Shown here: piece by piece, positions 1 through 12,799 of the stretch
Position numbering within the stretch: position 1 is the stretch's first letter
How the letters are laid out: each line of letters opens with the position of its first letter
Source of the DNA: the human T2T-CHM13v2.0 reference genome, Homo sapiens
DNA length: 64,000 nucleotides
Direction: 5' to 3' (one strand)
Assembly: GCF_009914755.1 (NCBI RefSeq)
Contig: NC_060934.1
Notes under the pieces: model-generated
The model's input: the letters and a program-made list of their open reading frames with translations, nothing else
What the model was told of the DNA's origin: nothing
The model's database searches: none
Translations under genes and position numbers: made by a program

Positions 1-670
1 TTGAGGCATCTTCTCTTTTGCAGTTTTGGTTTTGTTTCTTTGCTTAGGTTTCAGGGTGAAAAGTTGATGAAAATAACATTGGTATGGTAATTTGATTATG
101 ATAAATATAAATAAAGGTTAGATGTTCTAAGACATAGTTAAATTCAAAGGACACCTGTAAGAAAGTGGAAAGATAGCTGTAAAAAGTTTCACTGACAAAA
201 ATATAGATTCTTTCTCAAGCCTCATATTCAGAAATTCTGATGTAGGAATATACAATTTTAAAAGAAACTTCCAGAGTATTTTAAAGGTCGTCCAAGGTTT
301 GAAAAACACTGACTTACACTGTCTAAATATTGGCTGTTATGATTAACTGATAAAGTTTATATTCAATTCATTGTGTATCATGTTTTGACTAGTTTATTGT
401 TGCTTTTATGTGTTTGTTTATGCTTTTACTCTGTGTTTGGATTATTCATAGCTTCCTTAACACCCATTACCGTAGTTTATTGAGAGTTGGCTCGGTTGCT
501 TTGGAAAGCTATATTTCTGCAATTCTACAACTCCATACTTTTGTAATTAAAATAGAGTTCAGACTTATTATTTGGAACTACCTTTAGGGGTAACTGGCAA
601 AACACATAAAGAAATTAGCCTCACTGCTATAGCTATGCCTCATATTTTTTCCCCAAAAAGATATCTAGAT

Positions 671-868
671 CTGAGCCTTCCAATATGACAGCCACTGGCA
701 ACATATGGCTATTTAAAGTTAGTTAAAATTAAATACAATTTAAAATCTAGTTCCCCAGTCATACCAGCATCATATCAAATCCTCAGTAGGCACAGTAAAT
801 ACTTGGTATTTAACCTCTCGATATTAAACAGCATAAATATAAAGCAAAAAGTTCTATTGGACAGCACT
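671..868 (-). mobile_element. MER3 (hAT-Charlie MITE)
   Basis: ccaatatgacagccactggcaacatatggctatttaaa...gttctattggacagcact; flanked by atctaga-like target sites. Confidence 0.8.
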
Positions 869-1334
869 CATCTAGAATGACCACCTACCCTATTCACAAG
901 ACTAGTCTGTAGAACTTTTAATTATTTGCAATACTTAAATCCACTTTTAAAGGGTAAAAGAATTTGCCAACACTAAAGATAGTCAAATAATTTTGCCATA
1001 GGATCTAAGGGAGGGGACAGTGCTCGTATTTTGAGCAATATCTCAAATACATGCAGTTTAGGGACTGTGGATGACTATAGATGAATAGCACAGCTTTTAT
1101 ATGAATATGTACATTTTGGTAGTGTACCAGGTATATTCTGCCTGCCCCTCCAGGTCCACTCTTCACTGCTGTCTACCCTGCTCTCTGCCCCAGAAGCTGA
1201 CTGTAGTTACTATGCCAATGGACTTCCTTACACTTTGTCTTCCAGTAGGTTTGGTATGGAGTATGAGATCAGGATATTGTCTCCCACTCCCTTCTAAAAA
1301 GGTCTCAAAGGCTGACTGCACTGCACAACCCAAG

Positions 1335-2157
1335 GTATATCAGTTATCTATTGTGGTGTAACGAACTATCTCAAAATTTAATGACTTAAAACAACAATAA
1401 TGTATTCATTCTCACAATTTGATGGGTTTTCTGCGTTAATAAGTAATCTAAGAAGTTCCTCTTTTCCATGTTTTGTTGGCTTATGCGATTACATTGAACA
1501 GGGAGGTCTGCTTAAGTCAGAACCTGTCTGGCATCTCAGTTGGAGTAGCTAGAACAGCTCAGGGTGGCTGATCTTTTCTCTATATATTACAGTTGAATGA
1601 CACTACATCATTGCTCAGGGGTTCAAGAGGAGGAAAGTACAAGTTTCTAGACCTCTGAAAGTCTAGGCCTGGAACTGGTCCAGCATTACATCCACAACAT
1701 TACATCTACTGCATCTTTTTTTTTTTTCCTCCTTTGAGATAGGGTCTTGCTCTGTCACCCAGGCTGGAGTGCAGTGGTGTGATCATGACTCAGTGCAGCC
1801 TGAAACTCCCGGGGGCTCAAGTGATCCTCCTACCTTAGCCTCCCCAGTAGCTGGGACTACAGGTGTGGGCTACCATGACCAGCTAATTTTTTAATTACTA
1901 TTTTTTTAGTAGAGGTGTGGTCTCACCATGTTGCCCAGGCTTGTCTCAAATCCCTGGGCTCAAGCAATCAGCCTGCCTCTGCCTCCCAAAGTGCTGGGAT
2001 TACAGGTGTGAGCCACCACACCTGGACCATCACTGCATTTTATCAGCCAAAGCAAGTCATGAATCAACTTAGTTTCAAAGGATGGAGATGAGACTTGATG
2101 GGAGAAGCAGCATGCACCTACAAATACAGGAGGGATTGCTGGTAGCCATATCCACCA
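1335..2157 (-). mobile_element. MLT1 (H/I/J-like) MaLR LTR, interrupted by Alu
   Basis: gtatatcagttatctattgtggtgtaac...gacttaaaacaacaat start; gccaaagcaagtcatg...cttgatgggagaagcagc end. Confidence 0.7.
1716..2028 (-). mobile_element. AluJ
   Basis: poly-T, gagatagggtcttgctctgtc...ggctcaagtgatcctcc (J-type); actgcat on both flanks. Confidence 0.93.
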
Positions 2158-4099
2158 TTGAAAATCACAGATTCTGTCTAGGGACCTTTCTCCATGACTT
2201 TCTTGCTTTTGATTTCTTGGTAACCACTTGTTCCCCTTACCCCTCCAAGCTTAGGGGTGGTGTGACTCCCCGGTTCTTACGAATCCCTACACACTGAATT
2301 ACACCTTGTGAATTTCCTATGCCTGTTTACCCCAGTGGGGTAACTTCAAAATACCTGAATGGAGAATTATTTTCCTGCTTGATCCTGTTTCATCTATTCT
2401 CAAAAATTAGTTATGTTGCTTTATCTTACTACCTTATACCTGAAATTGTTCACAATATTCTATTAATTTTTTTGTAGCAATCATAAAGCATTTAAAATTT
2501 TCCTTTACCCAGTTAGCTTTACATTTAGTCTTTATGATTTCTTACATTAGGATTTAATCTTGATGGAGAATGAATATTAAGTTTAACTAACATATCTGTA
2601 AGCCATTATTTCAAAATGAAATCTTCTGATTTTGGTAACATCTGCAACCTCCAGTGACCAGACCTACAGTCTTTAACTGTATGACTCAGTTCTGTGTTCT
2701 GTGTTCAGTATCAATGTCAGTAGTGTACTAAAATGTCCATTTTTTCTCTAGGATTACATAAATCTTTTACATTTGTGTCTTAAACAGGTCACCAAGCATT
2801 TAACTTTAACCTTTTTATATCATTTATGTTCAATAGAATTCACTACTTTTACTACTCTCATCAGTGCTTGTCTTCTGACTTATTAATAAATTAATGAGCT
2901 TGTTTTAACAATTGAAATTTAAACCAGATGGTCATATGATTACTCAGTGTTTTCAGGATCGAGGATTTTAAAAACTAAATGTCATTATTCCCCTCAGACA
3001 TACTGATTTCTTGATATTAAATTATTTTAAGGTTTATAGAACTAGATCCAGAAAAAAATGCTTCGTATTGTAGAAGGAAGAGAGCTTTCCATCTTTAATT
3101 TACCTAAAGTGGTTTTCCAAATGATTATATGTAAATATCTGACACCACATTGTTTTCTTTTATAATTTATTTTTGATTCTGCTTAAAGAAATACAAGGCT
3201 TTAGCAAATTTAAAGTGGTCCACTACCCCAAGACTTAAGAAAACATTTATACTAAACAAATTTAACAATGTATATGTCATATCAACTGAAAATCTGAATT
3301 TTTACTTTTTTGCTCATTTTTCTGACAGAATATGATAGCTGTCTGAAGGATATGTAATATTTATAAATGGGATATAGCAGATACAACCTGTTAATATGAT
3401 ATACACTAGAGTTAGAGTATATCTAGATATAGAAATACTAGATTTGTAATATTGAGACCACATTACTGTGATATTTCATTGCAGCTATAATAAATTTTTA
3501 TGACTTATCATAAGGTAAATGCCAACTTTGCAACATGTATCTTTTTTTCTTTGCAACTGACATTCTATGTTCAGATTCATTGTGCTCCTGATATATTCCC
3601 ATCATTTCCTTTCCTGGGAGAATCCCTTTCTTGTGAACTACAGTGACTTTTTTATTGACATACTGCAAGTGCAGAAGCTTTCCAACAAAGCATTGCTTTG
3701 TAACAGTAGACCAGGTACATTCTGCTAAGCAATAAATCATGTATATATTCACTGGAGCACAAAAATATTTTGGTGATATACCAGGTAAAAATTGATATTC
3801 TAGTAGGGAGATTTTGATTAAATGCCCTTTCTTCTACAACTTTGGTCAAATTTCAGGTGTTTAATTCCCATATATGATGATGTTTGTGAACTTCAATATA
3901 CATTGTTATGTTTTTCACCTGAATTCCCAGCTGAATGTAAAAACTGAGAACAAGAAAAGGTGTTATTACTTAGAGGTGTTTTTAACAGCTCTCCAATTTC
4001 ATAACTTGTCATTTCCCTTTTCTTTGATTTAGAAATGTGTTATACTCCTGGAAGTTTTCACATTTGATAGATGTAAAAAATAGAATACTTTGAGAGGGA

Positions 4100-4365
4100 T
4101 TATACTAGCATAGTGGTTAAGAGCTCAGACTCTGGAGCCAGAGAACTGGGTTTTACATTTCATCTGTTTCTTACTTGCTTTTAACACTGTACATGTTAAT
4201 GTCTCAATGCCTCAGTTTCTTCATCTTTAAAATGGAAATAATATCCATATACATAGGGATAGTCATACTTTATACAGTTATGGTGAGGATTAAGAGTTAA
4301 TATATGTGTAGTGCTTAAAAAGTGGCTGTCATATAATAAATTCTATGTGTTTGCTATCATTGTTG
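4100..4365 (+). mobile_element. MIR
   Basis: agcatagtggttaagagc...tctggagcca...gcctcagtttcttcatctttaaaatgg core. Confidence 0.85.
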
Positions 4366-6199
4366 CTATTGAAAGACAATGAAAGCACATTTGCTCATTT
4401 AATTAGTTCCAGTCATTGTTATTAATGTATTTCATTTCATTTTTCCTGCAGTGAAAAAGAATGCAATGGATCCTTTTGCCATTATTTAACATTTTAAGTT
4501 GCATTTTTAAGTTTATATATAATGTATTCTACAATATTTCACAATATATGAGATATTGGGACTTTAATAATAACTTGTGTGAGTAATGTCTCTAGTCTTA
4601 AAGACTCTAACACTATCTTAACCAGGCAAAGTAAATCACTGTCTTAACTACTGAGCAAGTAGTCTCTTTGAAATCAGCCCATTTTGTGGATGCCATATAC
4701 ATGTTACACTTTAAAGCATATAAGGTTGATACTTTACTCTTTCTCAACATTGATTAGAGACTAAGACCTTGTTTTGACTATAAAATATATTTCTTTAAGA
4801 GGGAGAAGGAGACAGTGCCCTGTGTTTCAGTGAGGTATGGAACACCTGAGTTCAGGTCAAGGTCACTGCCATTTACTTGCTATGTTGATCTCTTACCTTT
4901 GTGACTCACAGTTTCTTTATCAGCTAATTCTGTGATTAGTATAAAAATCAAATATGAGAAATAATGTCGAAACACTTTAGATGCTGAAAATATTACAGAA
5001 ATAAAAAGCAGTGTTATTGAAGCCACTGTACCTTTATCCTGCTGAAGAGGTTAAGGATTAAATTGGTTTTGAATATACATTCTGTGGTAGTGGGGTTGGA
5101 GCATTGCAGAACATGCTGATGCACATGCTTAGGGAGAGGGACAATGATTTCTAGCCAAGTGTCAGAAGGACTGTGTGGTCGTGAAACACAGGCTGCATTT
5201 GGCAGAAGTGATCCAAGCTAGAGGTCAGATCAGTGGTGTCCAAAAGATGATTTAGAAGTCTTCTTTTTGCCCAAAGCCTTTTGATGAATTTCCTATCAAG
5301 TATTTTTCTAAGAACTGTTAATAAATGTCAAAATTAACAGATTTCAGTTGTATCTCCTTTTCATCCTGACTCTGCAAGATAGACTCCAGAATATAGCCTA
5401 AAGGAAAGAGAAGAAAAGAAAAAGTAATGGATAGAGTAGATGCTTCTAATATAAAAGATTTCCAATAGGCTGAGTGCTATATAAGAAAAAGGAAAAATAT
5501 TTGATATTTTTAACTAACATTTATTGCGCTACACATTTTGATAGCATTCCAATGATGATTAGACCTGCCTTGTCTTTGAGATTCTTCAACTAGTTGAGGA
5601 AAGACATCTATCAAGGAAAGTATCTACATTTCTCCTGAAGCTATCTGAAAGAGTTCCACTGTTTCCCTAATCAGGTTGTTAGGTAAGGACAAAGATGAGA
5701 GCATGAGTAATAGAATTTGTGGGGTAGGTGAGGGCAGCCAGACCACTGCCTCGGCAGGGAACAATTTGGGCAGCCTCCAAAGGAAAGGGATCTTTGAGGC
5801 AAGAGATTTAAAGAAGGTTTTTTACGAAGTTTGTTTGTAAGTAATGTACCCTTCTCTTCTTATCCCAAGAAAGCGTCACTGAACTTCTGTATTTCATTTC
5901 AATCCATTTGAGTTGAAGTTGTGGGTATTTAGAGTTATTTTTGGATATGATATTATCTTGAGACTGCCCATAAGGTGAGAGAAACAAGATGTCCCAATAA
6001 ATTTTGCATACAGATTTATAAAGAAATAAACAAAATACAGGGACACTGCCACTAGATTTTTACATAATATTCACTTTAAATAACATTTTAATTGTAAATA
6101 TTTTTGGTCACGACCTCTAAACAAGTCAATAATTGAAAGAAAAACAAATAACATAATTGTATATAACACATTGTACTTTTAATGATAAAAACAACAATT

Positions 6200-6415
6200 A
6201 CGACTACCATTTATATATGCCCAGCCAGGAAATATTCTAGATGTCTTTATATGATCTAACCCTAACAGTAACTTGAAACATGGTAGATGTTGATAGCCTC
6301 ATTTTTAATATTAGAAAAAGGAAGCTCAGGGGTTAAGTGACTTGCCCTAGATTAAACAGCCTAGGAAGTTGCAGAGCTGGAATTTCAATTGAGGTTGCCT
6401 CCGAAGCCTATTCTT
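6200..6415 (-). mobile_element. MIR
   Basis: gaagctcaggggttaagtgacttgccc...gcagagctgg. Confidence 0.75.
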
Positions 6416-7329
6416 TTTCCAACTTATTGTATTCCTTTTGAAAGAACACAACTTATTTTAGGAATTACTCATAGAAGCATCTCCTGTTAATTCGATATTT
6501 ATAGTCTCATAAATTGAATCCTAAATTATAGCGTTTTAGAACATAATATATAAAAAAAGTGGAAAACATTTCGACTGGTGCAAAGAAAATGATTAAGAGG
6601 ATAAAAATAGCCCAAGGCAATAGTATTAAGTTAGGCAAACGTAAGCTGAATGTTGAGAAGTTAAGAATATAGGCTTCTTAGATTTCGATTTTCAAAGTAA
6701 TAACTTTTCTTATTACAGAAATTGTTTTTTATGTATGGTGCTTATTACTAAAAAAAGATTAATTATCTGTCATTAATGTCACCAACTTACTAAGTTGTTA
6801 CATTGGCCAATTTTTGTCTTTCTTAAATTATTTTTAATCTCATGTTTCTATCTCATTTGGGGGAAAGAAGAAAAAAGGCAAAAGAAATTCCTTTCTGAAT
6901 ATCCATACACATTGAAGTTTTATGTTCATAGTAAACTAATAACTATTTCTTCAGTGTATGACGTTATAGTATTTTTTCCTCCACCCTCACCACACCTTGT
7001 TTTAGCAACTTAGTTCATTGCCAAATCCTGCCACACCTCCCTTTATTCCACTCCCATATCCAATCCAGCTCATCTTTTATCGTACTGATTTTAGGAATGA
7101 ATATGGTCCCCTTATTTACCAAAAGGTGTCTCAGAAGTTCGTGTTGTTTCCTAGTGTTCATTAAAGCTTGCAGATATTGAAGTGTCACCAGGGCATTCTG
7201 ATGGAGATGCCCAGCAGGTGTTTGAGATTGTCCCTGGGAGGTCAGAATTTAGGATTCTATTTAAGACAGTAGTTTCAAATCTGAGTGATATAATGGCTCT
7301 CCTTTAAGAGAAGTAAAAATAAGAAATCT

Positions 7330-7425
7330 GCAAAAGACATTATTTTATTCTTTTTCATGGCTGTGTAGTATTTCATGGTATATATGTACCACATTTTCTT
7401 CTTCCAGTCTACCATTGATAGGCAA
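7330..7425 (-). mobile_element. Short L1 3' fragment
   Basis: atggctgtgtagtatttcatggtatatatgtaccacattttc. Confidence 0.75.
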
Positions 7426-7721
7426 CTGGCCCCATGAGCATCTTGCAAATCCCAGAGTCAGAAGCAACTACAGTAAGAGCTGGCATGTAAGGGTTGCTGA
7501 ACTGCAATATCAGACAGGCATTTGAGTCTCAGTGACAGCAGCATTTTCTAGAAAACAGTGGTACCTCCATTGGTAAAGATGATTGGAATGGTGGGAGAGA
7601 CACTTCTTATGAACCAGTAATTTCTAAGCCAAGTACAGTAATGTTAAGTTCAAGAACTATATGCAACCAAACACTAGATAATATAAAAGTAAAGCAAATT
7701 AATATAACCAACTTCAACATC

Positions 7722-8160
7722 TGTGACAGTTTGTGTTTTCCAGTGATGACCACAATATCTCCTATCCCATATATTCTTCTGTAATGTGACTTTGCTCCTT
7801 CCCCATAAACAGGTAGTCTTATTCCCCTCTTTTTGAATGTGGACTGACCTTACCAACTCATTTATAACCATTGGAATGGAAAAGAATTCATGTGTGTTCC
7901 TTCCAAGGCTAGATCAGAAGACGTGTAGCTTCTTCCTTAGTGTACTGTTCTGGAACACTGACTCTCTGGAAAATTCCCGCTCAGCATGCTTCCTCTTGGG
8001 AGCTGCCATGCTGTCAGAACCCCAGGCTACATAAAAAGGCTACGAGCCAGCACTACACTTAATACATCCAACTGGGCCCAGCCTCCAAGTCATCCCAACT
8101 CAGGTGCTAGACTTATGAGTGAAGGTCTTTATGTGCAAAGGAGAAAGCAAAGAGATCTTT
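7722..8160 (+). mobile_element. MLT1G/H-like LTR (partial)
   Basis: tgtgacagtttgtgttttccagtgatgaccacaatatctcctatccc...aatgtgacttt. Confidence 0.7.
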
Positions 8161-8180
8161 GATGACCAGAAGAAATATAT

Positions 8181-8522
8181 TGCCACAGAGACAATAATGC
8201 TTACCAAATGTTCTATGCACACACTCACATTTTTTTAGGCCCCTTGCAGTTATTTGAGGCCAAGTAATTATTCTTGGAGAGTGAGCTATGAGTAGCATGA
8301 TAAATGTCACTTCCCAACCATAACAGAGAAGATCAGGTATGAATAAACATGACATTTCTGATGTCGGAGCTTTAGATAGCCTAGATCCTTAAGTCACTAT
8401 GTGGAAGAGAAAGCCCTGCCAACCTCTGTTAGACATCATGTAGTGTAAGTGAAAAACAGACATTCTTATACTACTGAGATTTTGGAGTTATTTTACTACC
8501 TGGCCTATTCTTGAATAATATA
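8181..8522 (+). mobile_element. MLT1I/J-like LTR
   Basis: ccccttgcagtta...atgtcacttcc...ctactgagattttggagtta...cctattcttgaataata. Confidence 0.6.
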
Positions 8523-8554
8523 CTTTCTTCATTTTTAAAAAATTCCATTTTACT

Positions 8555-9150
8555 TAATCATTGATTTATTACACTTACTGAGTTCCTACTGCATGTCAGC
8601 TACATCCTGGGAATAGAAAGATGAATAAGATGTAGTCCCAGTTCTCAAGGACCTCCGAGTCTACTGATGAAATTTTTGTAAGTACTTAACTGTGTATTTG
8701 CCCATTTATAGACTTTCTTCAAAAGAGATCTTCTTGGAAAATTCAAATTATTTAGCCTGGAATGCAAAGCCTTTCAAATCTGATTTTACTTGTCATACAT
8801 GTATTATTTTTCACAAATTCCAACCACACCACATCTCACTTTTCTAAAAAAATGGACTGTATTTCTAGACCACTGTGATTCTTGCATATGCTAGCAACTT
8901 TGCATAAAATGACATAAATTATCTCTGTTCATAAAAATTCAACCCAGCCTTTATAACCCAGTTAAAATACCACATCTTTATGAAATATGTCATGACTGTA
9001 TCACCAAATATGATACATTTCTCTCCTAAAACCTTAGTGATAGTGTGTTCATTTCTTTTAACTCTGTCTCCACTAGACTGTGGGTTCCTTGAAAACAAGA
9101 ACTACTTGCTTATTTCTGCTGAACCTACACACAGTCTAGAATGCATTTAA
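8555..9150. mobile_element. L2 fragments
   Basis: gggaatagaaagatgaataagatgtagtcccagttctcaagg; tctgtctccactagactgtgggttccttga. Confidence 0.55.
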
Positions 9151-9162
9151 AATCTCATGTTT

Positions 9163-9432
9163 AGCTGCACATGGTGGCTCATGCCTGTAATTGTAGCAGT
9201 TTAGGAGGCCTAGGTGGGAGGATTGCTTGAAGCCAGGAATTGGAGACAGCCTGGGAAAGATAGCAAAACCTAATCTATACAGAAACTAAAAAGATTAGCC
9301 TGTAGTCCTAGCTAGTTGGGAGGCTGAGAGTGGAGGATCTCATGAGCCCAGGAGTTTAAGGTTTCAGTGAGCTATGATTGTGCGACTGCACACTCCAGCT
9401 CCAGCCTGGGCAACAGAGCAAGACCCTGTCTC
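9163..9432 (+). mobile_element. AluJ with short deletion at the start of the right arm
   Basis: gtggctcatgcctgtaa...gggaggattgcttgaagcc...agcaagaccctgtctc. Confidence 0.9.
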
Positions 9433-9436
9433 TTAC

Positions 9437-9508
9437 AAAAGAAGAAGAAGAAGGAGAAGAAGAACAAGAAGTGGAAGAGAAAGAGAAAGAAGAAAAGAAG
9501 AAGAAAAG
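9437..9508 (+). repeat. GAA-rich purine tract (Alu tail derived)
   Basis: aagaagaagaagaaggagaagaagaacaagaagtggaagag... Confidence 0.9.
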
Positions 9509-9786
9509 TTCATTTTCTGTCATGGGGTATATTATTTATCTGCTTAAGCCAAACAGACATTTTAGGAGCTTCTGTCTTGCCTTATGTTCTTGCTTGTCTA
9601 GAAATACATTGTAATGAAGTTCCTTTTAACAGATATTTCTCTAGGCATGCTATCTTCCAAAGTTCAGTGTTCATTTTATTCACTGCAGTTATTTTTATTA
9701 CAGCAAATAAGAACGGAAAAATGCAAAAGGCCATAGGACTTCTACTCGGGTACCCACTGTGGTTACATACCTGGCAAGATGTTGTT

Positions 9787-10012
9787 AATAATGGTGTAAT
9801 AGCTAACATTTATGAGTGCTACTGTGTGCCAGATAGTCTTTTACATACTTTACATATATTCAATTTAATTCTTATAACAACCTTATTAAATAGCTTATTA
9901 TTATGCTCATATCTTAAAGATGAAGCATGAAGAAAGCTCAAAAAGCTAGTGAGCTAGAAAACAGTAAGTCGAGATCACAGGAATCCAGGCCGTCTGTCTC
10001 CAGAGCTGTGCT
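9787..10012 (-). mobile_element. MIR
   Basis: aatagctaacatttatgagtgctactgtgtgccag...ccaggccgtctgtctccagagc. Confidence 0.8.
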
Positions 10013-11309
10013 GGCAATGCTCTCAGCAAGAAAGGAAGTTCCAAGCCCTTTGTAGTTGTTCCTAAATAACACCGGGCAAAATTTTGCAAATCAATCTATC
10101 TGGAAAGAAAATCTAATAGTCGTTTCAGTGACTATTAAACAATAACAAAAAGTTAACAGTCCATATAATTATAGTTTCCTAAGGATAATTCTTATTGTTA
10201 GATGAAATTTACTCTAGCATATGAAACCATATACAGTGACAATAAGGGAAGGATGTTGTGATGCACAAAACTTTAATCACAAAAACTAAAGAAAGCAAGT
10301 TTCTCAGTAATCATGGCTGGAGAAAACAAAAAGAACTTTCAAAGATATTGTACATTTTACTAGAGATCGACCATAGCTTAACTCATTAAAGAAAACAGTT
10401 AATAATACTTCTAGAGAAGTACATGTTTATTCAGCAATACCTTGGCATAACCATCTGCAATACATGTCTTATATGCAAAATTTAGTAGAATTATTTACTC
10501 AGTTATCTAAATAATTCTAATCCACATGCAACTTCACTTTCCAAATGAGAAAAAATAGCAGATTAGTTATATATAATTTGGAGTGAGTGACTGAGATCTC
10601 TGTCTATGTATGTATATCTGTATTATCTACAACTGTATCTGTATATGTATATATATATATATTTATGATTCAGTAAGTATGCAGTTAAGAACACAATTCT
10701 GAACTTTCTAACATCTAATGTCTAATTTATGCTGTGTCAAATGTATTTTTTTAAAAAAAGATAAAAGGCAAACATAAGTCAGGGGAAAGGAGCATAGAGT
10801 GGAGGGGGAAAGAAAAAAGAGTAACAGTGGAGAAAGACGGACAGGAAAAGGATAAACAAGCAGAGCAGGATGGCTGATTACTTACAGCATGTGCTGAATG
10901 GAGACACTCACAGGAAACATCATGTCAGATATGCTTAAATATCGAACTTATTTCTGAGTTTGTGTTTTTTCTGCTACACCCATGACCAATGTCTCAGTTA
11001 AAGAAAGTAGAGACAAAAGACAAATGCTTAAATTTCCTGATACATACCTCTTATTTACAGTACTTCTTCCATTGCTGTACTTGTTTTTATTTCTGGCAGC
11101 TTTATTTGCTTATTTCTGAGTACCCAGCATAATGTCTTACATATAGTACACATTTGGTTAATATCTGTTGAATAAATGCATTCATGAAAGAATGAATAAA
11201 AGAAAACAAGTCGATAGAGGGCTATTGATGTGTGTACATAGTCTCATGGGCTAAAAGCTCTAAATGCAAATATAAGGGGTTCCAGGAATTTCAGGGCTGC
11301 TCCATGAAA

Positions 11310-12190
11310 AAGATATGGCCACAGGTAGAGGTAGCATACATAAGCTTTATTTTGCTAACACTTTGACAGGTTTGATACAGGAAAATCCCTCACAGCATGG
11401 AACTGTCCAGAAGTTACTGCATGAGAGCCACCATTCAGAAGGGGAGGACAGCAAGTGATATGGTTTGGCTGTGCCCCCACCCAAATCTCAACTTGAATTG
11501 TCTCTCCCAGAATTCCCACGTGTTGTGGGAGGGACCCAGGGGGAGGTAATTGAATCATGGGGGCTTGTCTTTCCCATGCTAGTCTCATGATAGTGAACAA
11601 GTCTCACGAGATCTGATGGGTTTATCAGGGGTTTCTGCTTTTGCTTCTTCCTCATTTTTCTTTTGCTGCCGCCATGTAAGAAGTGCCTTTTGCCTCCCGC
11701 CATGATTCTGAGGCCTCCCTAGCTATATGGGACTGTAAGTCCAATTAAACCTCTTTTTCTTTCCAGTCTCGGATATGTCTTTATCAGCAACGTGAAAACA
11801 GACTAATAGAGCAAGGAAACTCCCAGAGGAGGGAGAGAATAGGGAGGGGGCTTACCTATCTAGGTGATGTTCCTCGGCAGCACCACATTGAGTCTCTGCA
11901 TCAGAGAGCTCCAAAGGGTATCAGTGGCTTGGCATATATATAGCCCAGGTGCTATCTATAGCCTGGGGCCAGCAGATATCGGGCATAGTTTCATGGGGTA
12001 TGCAAAGTAGGCTGTTTGTAACTATTTAAATATCTACTTATTTAGTCTATGTTGAAAGCATAGTGAAACGAATGAAAATTTGAGTTTGGTATGGGTTTAC
12101 TTTTGGACTACCAGGTCTCAGCCTGCTGTGAAGAAATAAACAATCTATGGACCAATATACAGGAGCCATCTTTGGCTGATTTATATAACA
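11310..12190 (-). mobile_element. Older ERV LTR (family not assigned), interrupted by THE1A
   Basis: Minus strand starts TGTTATATAAATCAGCCAAAGATGGCT; AATAAA near the other end; sequence is continuous across the THE1A TSD. Confidence 0.5.
11456..11810 (+). mobile_element. THE1A solo LTR
   Basis: tgatatggtttggctgtg...aaaacagactaataga, 355 bp, 5-bp TSD GCAAG. Confidence 0.93.
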
Positions 12191-12799
12191 GTAAATAAGC
12201 ATGATATAAAAAATAATAATTCAACAAAGAGAGGAAGTGAGTTTATTGGTTTTTACCAAGCATTATTTCATATACTAAATTTCTTCAGGCACATCAAGCT
12301 AAAACATTATATTAAGAAACAGGTTTACACCACTGTACATGTGCAAAAATTAAGGATCATTTCTATGATTTAACTAATATAAGTACAATTGAACAATAAA
12401 TACCAATCTCTATAGGTTAAGAAATAAACTACGAATCTTTTTATAAAATTGATTATGAAATGAACTCTCCCACTTTTGTTATTATTTTAAAAATTTATGT
12501 GGAGTAGTTAAAATGAATTAAACTCCGAAGAAAAGTAAATCATCATTACATTTTCTTTTATTACCACTTTGCTCATTAGGAAAACTCAGTTCTGGCTTCT
12601 GTTTTGGGAAACAGTTTGTAACTGTGTTTAATATCATTTGAATATCTATAATCATTCTTATGCAAATAGCATAATAATAAGTATTAACATTAAAGACAGA
12701 AGTTTATATTTGTCTTATATTATCTGTCCCCTTCCAAAAGGAACTTAAATCTTAAGTCAAATGCTGTAAGTGCATGTAGGTTATTTATATCATTTCTGT

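Larger units (their letters stand above)
1125..2350. mobile_element. LTR33-like ERVL LTR, split by MLT1 (pieces ~1125-1334 and ~2160-2350)
   Basis: ctctctgccccagaagctgac...cttccagtaggtttgg, resuming as ccccttacccctccaagcttaggggtgg. Confidence 0.55.

Noticed and set aside
3498-3849. Overlapping minus ORFs as a processed pseudogene
   Set aside because: No recognisable parent protein, poly-A tail or TSD
9367-9930. Longest ORF (187 aa)
   Set aside because: Stitched from an Alu end, a GAA tract (poly-Lys/Arg) and a MIR; GTG start, no protein similarity recognised
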